From: an uncultured Weeksellaceae bacterium
Lineage (GTDB): Bacteria > Bacteroidota > Bacteroidia > Flavobacteriales > BACL11
Direction of reading: 5' to 3'
DNA: 60,157 nt
Assembly: GCA_964478325.1 (NCBI GenBank)
Contig: CAYZIA010000001.1
Coordinates: 1 to 60,157, forward strand
Each line of letters opens with the position of its first letter. Within the stretch, counting starts at the first letter, position 1. The position numbers and the translations under genes were made by a program. This document shows positions 57,178 through 60,157 of this stretch, one piece after another. Under the pieces are notes generated by a model. The model was not told the DNA's origin. It worked only from the letters and a program-made list of their open reading frames with translations, and ran no database searches.

Positions 57178-57824
57178 TTCTGTTTGTAAAAATAATGGAT
57201 AGTTTTTTTATTATTTTCTGACCTTTCCGTTTCTAATTCCTCATCAATTTCCCATTGGTATTTTTTGGGTTTTGGACCTTCATTTCTATAAACGATGGCG
57301 ATTAAAAGGCCAGCCAATAAGCCTGCTAAATGCCCTTCCCACGATACTCCTTCATAAATAGGTAATACGCCCCAAATCATCGAACCATAAAGAAAAATAA
57401 CCAAAAGTGATGCGGCAGACAATTTAGTCTGTTTTTTAAAAAGACCACTAAAAAAAATAAAACTTGCCAAAGCATAAACTACTCCACTTGCGCCAATATG
57501 ATAATTAGGACGTCCAATAGCCCATAACCAAAATCCTGTGATAAAGAAAAGCCATAAAAATATTTCTACCCCCAACTTTTTATAAAAATAAAAAAGCATT
57601 CCTCCAAGGATAACAAGTGGATAAGTATTATTTAAAAGGTGTGAGAAGTCCTGATGAATAAAAGCAGAAAAGATAATTCCTTTCAGCCCAGAAATAGTTC
57701 TTGGAAACATGCCAAAAGTATAAAATGACATTTCAAAATAATGTTCAATAAACTTTACAATCCACATTATTAACACAAAAATAAGCGGGATTTTTAATAC
57801 ATCAAAAAGTACTTTATATTTCAC
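57174..57824 (-). CDS. rhomboid family intramembrane serine protease
   Basis: 216-aa polytopic ORF. It has HQDFSHLLNN, the catalytic GASGVVYAL (GxSG) and a downstream H in EGHLAGLLAG. Confidence 0.82.
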   Translation of the reverse strand: MKYKVLFDVLKIPLIFVLIMWIVKFIEHYFEMSFYTFGMFPRTISGLKGIIFSAFIHQDFSHLLNNTYPLVILGGMLFYFYKKLGVEIFLWLFFITGFWLWAIGRPNYHIGASGVVYALASFIFFSGLFKKQTKLSAASLLVIFLYGSMIWGVLPIYEGVSWEGHLAGLLAGLLIAIVYRNEGPKPKKYQWEIDEELETERSENNKKTIHYFYKQN

Positions 57825-57890
57825 AATCTAATTTCTAATGAAAAGATAAAAATACACAATCTTTCATAAAAAATTGTACTTTTACCTATT

Positions 57891-60157
57891 ATGCAAGATA
57901 ATAAAAAGTTATTTCTTTTAGATGCTTTTGCCTTAATTTACAGAGCATATTTCGCATTTATAAAAAATCCAAGAATTAATTCAAAAGGGCTAAACACATC
58001 TGCAATTCTTGGCTTTACCAATTCATTAATTGAGGTAATTAATAAAGAAAATCCTTCTCATTTAGCAGTGATATTTGACACTAAAAAACCAACGCAAAGA
58101 CACATAGATTTTCCAGAATATAAAGCTCATCGAGAAGCTATGCCAGAAGGAATAAGTGAGGCATTACCATATATTGATAAATTATTGGAGGCTATGAGAA
58201 TTCCAAAATTGTATAAAGATGGATTTGAGGCAGATGATGTAATTGGGACTTTAGCAAAAAAAGCAGAAAAAGAAGGATTTCAAACTTTTATGATGACTTC
58301 CGATAAGGATTTTGCACAATTAGTAAGTGAGAATATTTTTATGTATCGCCCTGGAAATAAATGGCAGCCAACAACAGTGTGGGGTATTGATGAGGTTTTG
58401 GAGAAGTTTGAAATTCAAAAGGTAGATCAAGTAATTGATTTTTTAGGAATGATGGGCGATACTGCTGATAATATTCCAGGAATTCCAGGAGTTGGGGAAA
58501 AGACCGCTCAGAAATTTATAGCAGAATTCGGAAGTATGGAAGGATTATTTGAGAACACTCATAAACTAAAAGGAAAGATGAAAGAAAAAGTAGAGTCAGC
58601 CAAAGAGATTGGGCTACAGTCCAAACAATTAGTTACCATAATTACGGATGTTCCTATTAATTTTTATGAGAAAGATTTAAGAGTAGAGAAAAAAGATGAA
58701 GATGCTATAAAGTCTCTTTTTGAGGAGTTGGAATTTCGCACGTTATTACCAAGAGTTTTGGCTTCCAAATCGAATAATCAAGAAAAAAAAGTAGTATTAA
58801 AAGAAGAAGAGAAAGTTGAAACAACAACAAGTAGACAAATTGATCTTTTTGAAACTATTGAAAATCAAATAAAAAATTCAAGATCAATCCCCAATAATTA
58901 TAAAAAGATTACAAATTTTGAAAAAGCAAAACAACTTATTACTTCTTTGCAGAATAATAAAAAACTTGCTATTCAACTTTGTTGTAGTTCTACTAATTTT
59001 CTAGATGCAAAAGTTTTAGGGATATCTCTCTGTTGTGAAAAAGAAAATGCACATTTTATCTTTATAGCTGAAAACGAATTAATCTCTCTACTTCAGATTT
59101 TATTTGAAAAGGAACAAATAATGCTCATTGGAAATGATTTTAAGTCTCAAATAAAAGTATTAGCTCAAAAAAATATTGAAGTCAAAGCTGAGCTATTTGA
59201 TATTGGTATTTCCCATTACCTTTTGCATCCTGACATGCGCCATGATTTAAGTATCTTAACAGAAAATTATTTGCAATACAGTATTCGTACTTTGGAGGAA
59301 CTAACCGGGAAAGGCAAATTGAGAAAAGAAATTACTAGTTTAGAGAAAGAAGATTTATCCAACTTTTATAATCAGCAAGCGGATGCTATTTGGCAGATCC
59401 ATTCTGTTTTTAGCAATGAAATGGAGAAGGTAAAAGTCAGTAAACTTTTTTCTGAAATTGAAATGCCACTTACAAAAGTATTGGCTAAAATGGAAATAGA
59501 AGGAATTCAGCTTAATACGAAAATGTTAGATGATTACGCATTAATTCTATCTAAAGAAATGGAGCAAATTACTAAGAAAATACTTGTCCTCTCAGGAGAA
59601 GATTTTAATATAGCCTCTCCAAAGCAATTAGGGGAAGTTTTGTTTGAAAAGATGGAGCTTGTAAAAAAAGCTAAAAAAACAAAATCAGGTCAGTATTCTA
59701 CATCTGAAGAAACGCTTATAAAATTAAAAGACAAGCATCCAATTATTGATCAAATATTAGAATATAGAGAAATTAAAAAATTACTTTCTACTTATATTCT
59801 TGCATTACCAGAATTAACCAGTGAAAAAACGAAAAGAATTCATACCACTTTTAATCAATCGGTTGCAGCTACTGGCCGGCTAAGTTCGATTAACCCTAAC
59901 TTGCAAAATATTCCAATAAGAACAGAAAGAGGCAGAAAAACTAGAGAAGCATTTATTCCAAGAAATGAGAATTTTACTTTATTAGCTGCAGATTATTCGC
60001 AAATTGAATTAAGAGTTATGGCATCATTAAGTAAAGATGAGGGGATGTTGCGGGCTTTTAATGATAAAATAGATATTCATACAGCAACTGCTTCAAAGGT
60101 GTATAAGCTGCCTATTTCAGAGATAGACAGAACTATGCGATCAAATGCAAAGTCGGT
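57891..60157 (+). CDS. polA: DNA polymerase I, 3'-partial (runs off window end; absent from supplied ORF track)
   Basis: My own translation from the ATG at 57891 gives MQDNKKLFLLDAFALIYRAYFAFIKNPRINSKGLNTSAILGF...FEADDVIGTLAKKA...GDTADNIPGIPGVGEKTAQKFI, the 5'-3' exonuclease domain. The frame remains open to 60157 and ends with polymerase motif A: GRLSSINPNLQNIPIR...LLAADYSQIELRVMA. Confidence 0.93.
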   Translation, partial: MQDNKKLFLLDAFALIYRAYFAFIKNPRINSKGLNTSAILGFTNSLIEVINKENPSHLAVIFDTKKPTQRHIDFPEYKAHREAMPEGISEALPYIDKLLEAMRIPKLYKDGFEADDVIGTLAKKAEKEGFQTFMMTSDKDFAQLVSENIFMYRPGNKWQPTTVWGIDEVLEKFEIQKVDQVIDFLGMMGDTADNIPGIPGVGEKTAQKFIAEFGSMEGLFENTHKLKGKMKEKVESAKEIGLQSKQLVTIITDVPINFYEKDLRVEKKDEDAIKSLFEELEFRTLLPRVLASKSNNQEKKVVLKEEEKVETTTSRQIDLFETIENQIKNSRSIPNNYKKITNFEKAKQLITSLQNNKKLAIQLCCSSTNFLDAKVLGISLCCEKENAHFIFIAENELISLLQILFEKEQIMLIGNDFKSQIKVLAQKNIEVKAELFDIGISHYLLHPDMRHDLSILTENYLQYSIRTLEELTGKGKLRKEITSLEKEDLSNFYNQQADAIWQIHSVFSNEMEKVKVSKLFSEIEMPLTKVLAKMEIEGIQLNTKMLDDYALILSKEMEQITKKILVLSGEDFNIASPKQLGEVLFEKMELVKKAKKTKSGQYSTSEETLIKLKDKHPIIDQILEYREIKKLLSTYILALPELTSEKTKRIHTTFNQSVAATGRLSSINPNLQNIPIRTERGRKTREAFIPRNENFTLLAADYSQIELRVMASLSKDEGMLRAFNDKIDIHTATASKVYKLPISEIDRTMRSNAKS

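Noticed and set aside
1-60157. A window-wide look for CRISPR arrays, rRNA/tRNA genes, transposases or integrases, toxin-antitoxin pairs and known defence-system genes.
   Set aside because: I recognised none. Every spacer longer than 60 nt was read on both strands. All large ORFs have housekeeping or T9SS-cargo signatures.

Overview
This is an AT-rich, very gene-dense chromosomal segment that reads as Bacteroidota, probably Flavobacteriia-like. Supporting signs are type A and type B T9SS C-terminal sorting domains, a PorP/SprF gene, TAnnTTTG -7 promoter boxes 20-31 nt upstream of many start codons, and no obvious Shine-Dalgarno sequences. I count 47 protein-coding genes. One is interrupted by an in-frame stop. 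Two are partial at the window edges: leuS at the 5' end and polA at the 3' end. polA is missing from the supplied ORF track because it has no stop codon inside the window. Most genes are housekeeping: leuS, purS, pssA, lnt, pabB, tilS, secA, tag, ispG, purT, ribE, pepA, pdxA, yceD-rpmF-plsX-fabH, accBC, dxs, asnS, rpoN and polA. Four blocks totalling about 18.4 kb by coordinates encode T9SS cargo or accessory proteins: 4490-10595, 26098-32241, 33054-36581 and 40285-42906. I saw no rRNA, tRNA, CRISPR array, transposase, integrase or long nucleotide repeat. The best candidate for something undescribed is a four-gene, ATGA-coupled secreted module at 26098-32241. It encodes a CotH kinase with a lamin-tail domain, an arylsulfotransferase-like propeller, a cohesin/SprB-repeat protein, and a deiodinase-like single-Cys thioredoxin-fold protein. 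Other notable points: a single in-frame TAA splits a ~1175-codon LamG/PNGase F-like T9SS cargo gene; convergent genes have touching or overlapping stop codons; and two -7 boxes abut start codons, suggesting leaderless mRNAs. All family assignments come from recognising motifs by eye in the supplied translations. No database search or computation was run.
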